A DNA stretch of 64,000 bases. Source: Candidatus Levyibacteriota bacterium (lineage in GTDB: Bacteria; Patescibacteriota; Microgenomatia; Levybacterales; UBA12049). Shown one piece after another: positions 61,930-64,000 of this stretch (position 1 is the first letter of the stretch; each line of letters begins with the position of its first letter). The notes below the pieces were generated by a model, which was not told the origin of the DNA, made no database searches, and saw nothing but the letters and a program-made list of their open reading frames with translations. The DNA lies in NCBI GenBank assembly GCA_018061075.1, contig JAGOUW010000004.1, forward strand, positions 9,192-73,191, given 5' to 3'. A program made the translations under genes and the position numbers.

Positions 61930-62268
61930 CGGTGCTTCTGTGTTATGTCCTCCCTTATGAAGAATGTTGCCAAAGAATTCTCTCCATGCAGGCTGCTGTA
62001 AATTTCTGATAACAACCTCTCTAATTGGAAACGGCCGTTCCTCTCCAATCGAAACCACCAATCTGTGAGTTACTTCAAGATGACTTCTATCATAACGAAG
62101 AGGAATTTCTACGCCTTCAAGTAATGGCACTTCTGGAACATGAGGAACTGATTGTCTAAATGATACTAATGTTTTTGCTCGTTCAGGAAGATTATTATAC
62201 CTAGGCACTCTAAGTCTGTGAATTCTACCAACTCCATCCCAACTACGTTCTTTACTTATGCTTGCCAT
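61912..62268 (-). CDS. hypothetical protein (G+C-rich orphan, 118 aa)
   Basis: ORF between glyA and rpsB with no recognisable motif. Only a weak -10-like GAGAAT 7 nt before the ATG. Confidence 0.45.
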   Translation of the reverse strand: MASISKERSWDGVGRIHRLRVPRYNNLPERAKTLVSFRQSVPHVPEVPLLEGVEIPLRYDRSHLEVTHRLVVSIGEERPFPIREVVIRNLQQPAWREFFGNILHKGGHNTEAPLQNSA

Positions 62269-62284
62269 ATTCGTAATTCTCTAT

Positions 62285-63604
62285 TTAGGGCAAAGGGTAC
62301 TTTTTCATTAGAGTTTTTACTTCCTGTCCAATTCCTAAAAGCTTTTTATTTTTCCAAACTTTCGCTTTATAATCTTTCCAATATGCTTTTCTTTCTTCTT
62401 TATCAGTTGGAAGATTTTTCCCAACCACTTCTTCAACTGCATCGTTCATCCACTTCGCGACTTTTAACATATCTCTTTCTTTAAGACCTCGAGTAGTAAT
62501 CGCTGGTGTTCCCAAACGAATTCCTGCTGGATAAAAAGGTGGACTTGGATCAAATGGTACTCCATTTTTGTTTAGAACTATTCCTGCTACTTCTAAGGCA
62601 ATTGCAGCCGTTGCACCGTCTACATTTTTATTTCTAAGATCAATTAAAATTAAATGATTATCAGATCCTCCTGACACTAAATCAAAACCATAACCATTTA
62701 ATGCTTTTGCAAGAGCTTTTGAATTAGCCACAACCTGCTCAGAATACTTTTTAAAGCTTGCTGTTGCTGCTTCTTTAAGCGCTACTGCTATGGCTGCAGT
62801 TTGGTTATCATGTGGTCCACCCTGCAAACCTGGAATAATCGCAGAATCAATCTTTTTTCCCAACTCTGGGTCTTTTTTAAGTCCTTTATTTGTTACCATA
62901 ATTATAGCCCCTCTAGGCCCTCTTAAAGTCTTGTGGGTTGTAGTTGTAACGATATGTGCATGATTTACTGGTGAAGGATGGACTCCCGCAGCAACGAGTC
63001 CCGCAATATGAGAAATATCTGCCATTAAAAATGCCCCAACCTTATCGGCTACTTCTGCGAATTTCTTAAAATCAATTGTTCTAGGATATGCTGTAAAACC
63101 GCAAATTATAAGTTTTGGTTTTTCTTTTTTTGCCTGTTTTAAAATTGCATCAAAATCAAATTTTCCACTTTTATCTAATTCATATTGAACTGCTCTAAAA
63201 AAAGTTGAGGAAAAAGTTTTTGGTGCCCCGTGTGTTAAGTGTCCACCAAAGGGCAAACTCAAACCCATTAAGGTTTCCCCAGGTTTTAGAACTGCCATTT
63301 GTACTGCAGAATTTGCAGGTGCTCCAGAGAGAGCTTGAACATTTGCGAACGGAACTCCGAATAATTTCTTTGCGCGGTCGATCGCCAACTGCTCTACTTC
63401 ATCCGCAACTGCGTTACCCTGATAGTATCTTTTCTTAGGATATCCTTCAGAATATTTATTATTTAGAACTGTTCCTAAAGCTTCTAAAACTGCTGATGAT
63501 GTGTAATTTTCTGAGGGGATCATTTCGAGGACTGAAATCTGTCTTTGTTCTTCATCTTTAACTAAATTGAAAATTTGAGGGTCAGTTTTCTTTAAATTTG
63601 TCAT
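62285..63604 (-). CDS. glyA: serine hydroxymethyltransferase
   Basis: MIPSENYTS, YSEGYPKKRYY and PLP site TTTTHKTLRGPRG. ATG at 63604 preferred over TTG at 63625. Confidence 0.9.
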   Translation of the reverse strand: MTNLKKTDPQIFNLVKDEEQRQISVLEMIPSENYTSSAVLEALGTVLNNKYSEGYPKKRYYQGNAVADEVEQLAIDRAKKLFGVPFANVQALSGAPANSAVQMAVLKPGETLMGLSLPFGGHLTHGAPKTFSSTFFRAVQYELDKSGKFDFDAILKQAKKEKPKLIICGFTAYPRTIDFKKFAEVADKVGAFLMADISHIAGLVAAGVHPSPVNHAHIVTTTTHKTLRGPRGAIIMVTNKGLKKDPELGKKIDSAIIPGLQGGPHDNQTAAIAVALKEAATASFKKYSEQVVANSKALAKALNGYGFDLVSGGSDNHLILIDLRNKNVDGATAAIALEVAGIVLNKNGVPFDPSPPFYPAGIRLGTPAITTRGLKERDMLKVAKWMNDAVEEVVGKNLPTDKEERKAYWKDYKAKVWKNKKLLGIGQEVKTLMKKYPLP

Positions 63605-63616
63605 CAAACTAAAGCG

Positions 63617-63645
63617 AGTATACAAACGAATTTATCCCATTGCAA
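63617..63645 (-). promoter_or_regulatory. glyA promoter, TTGCAA-N17-TATACT, 12 nt from the ATG
   Basis: -35 at 63645-63640, -10 at 63622-63617. Confidence 0.5.
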
Positions 63646-63659
63646 CAGGCAAAACTATA

Positions 63660-64000
63660 TCATTCCCATTCCATTGTTGCTGGGGGCTTTGAAGTAATAT
63701 CGTAAACAACTCTAGAAATATTCGGAACTTCATTAACTATCCTCGAAGCGATTTTTTCAAGAATCGGAAATGGAATTCTAGCGATTTCTGCAGTCATTCT
63801 ATCCTTAGAATTTACAATGCGCACTGCCACCACTTCTCCATAAAATCTACCATCCCCTTTTACTGCTGTAGAATTTGTCCCTGTCATAATACTCCAACAC
63901 TGAAAAACTTTTCTATACCATCCTGATTTTCGAAGCTCATCTACCACTATCATGTCTGCTTGAACTTGCTGTGCTAACCTAGCCGGCGTAACTTCTCCTA
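63660..64000 (-). CDS. guaA: GMP synthase (glutamine-hydrolysing), C-terminal fragment running off the window end
   Basis: The frame is open to the window edge. The C-terminus ...RVVYDITSKPPATMEWE is the characteristic GuaA ending. Confidence 0.85.
   Translation of the reverse strand, partial: GEVTPARLAQQVQADMIVVDELRKSGWYRKVFQCWSIMTGTNSTAVKGDGRFYGEVVAVRIVNSKDRMTAEIARIPFPILEKIASRIVNEVPNISRVVYDITSKPPATMEWE

Noticed and set aside
1-64000. Alternative genetic code (UGA recoding, as in some candidate phyla).
   Set aside because: Long motif-complete ORFs end at TGA (for example recR at 42030 and purL at 22514) as well as TAA and TAG. No conserved protein is broken by in-frame TGA. The standard bacterial code fits.
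1-64000. Mobile elements, prophage, defence islands (restriction-modification, toxin-antitoxin, CRISPR-Cas, retrons, diversity-generating retroelements).
   Set aside because: I recognised no transposase, integrase, reverse transcriptase, Cas, restriction or toxin-antitoxin motif, and no long inverted or direct repeats. The methyltransferase at 851-1648 looks like a small-molecule or protein class I enzyme, not a DNA methyltransferase.

Overview
AT-rich, very tightly packed bacterial window: about 75 protein genes, mostly on the - strand, with no rRNA, tRNA, CRISPR array or mobile element that I could find. The standard code fits; TGA, TAA and TAG all act as stops. Gene content suggests a small-genome, CPR/Patescibacteria-like organism. 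This rests on a 150-aa EF-Ts, a ProRS without the editing insert, many membrane-anchored envelope enzymes and many orphan genes. It is an inference that needs marker-gene phylogeny.

Recognisable content:
- **Purine synthesis:** an 11.4-kb operon purK-purE-(Nudix)purC-purF-purN-purD-(PurS-like)purL-purQ-orphan-purM.
- **Precursor supply:** zwf, pgl and gnd (oxidative pentose phosphate pathway), prs, glyA and the 3' end of guaA.
- **Core genes:** rpsU-ybeY, then dnaX-ybaB-prs-recR, rpsB-tsf, frr, rseP, msrB, cysS, proS and ddl.
- **Envelope and glycan genes:** a processive GT2, GH18, WbqC-like protein, CE4 deacetylase, a GT2/GT-C fusion, an L,D-transpeptidase, a C39-like peptidase, two paralogous alpha/beta hydrolases and a MacAB-like efflux set.
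- **Flavin module:** an ApbE / FMN-binding protein / RnfD-like-FNR fusion trio.

Most notable observations from direct reading:
1. At least 21 transcription units have a -10 box 6-8 nt from the ATG, usually with a TTGACA-like -35 box 16-17 nt further upstream. This implies leaderless mRNAs, which coexist with clearly SD-led genes.
2. G+C-rich orphan genes are scattered through the window. Each has its own promoter of this type, and one sits inside the pur operon with its promoter embedded in purQ.
3. All 12 convergent gene junctions have 3 nt or less of spacer, and six share a TTAA/CTAA stop tetranucleotide.
4. The ApbE/FMN-binding/RnfD-FNR trio looks like a minimal NQR/RNF-like flavin module.
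5. The rpsB leader can fold into a pseudoknot that covers the ribosome-binding site.
6. Domain fusions occur in Nudix-PurC, PurS-like-PurL and GT2-GT-C.

Functional calls are motif recognition by eye. No database search was run.
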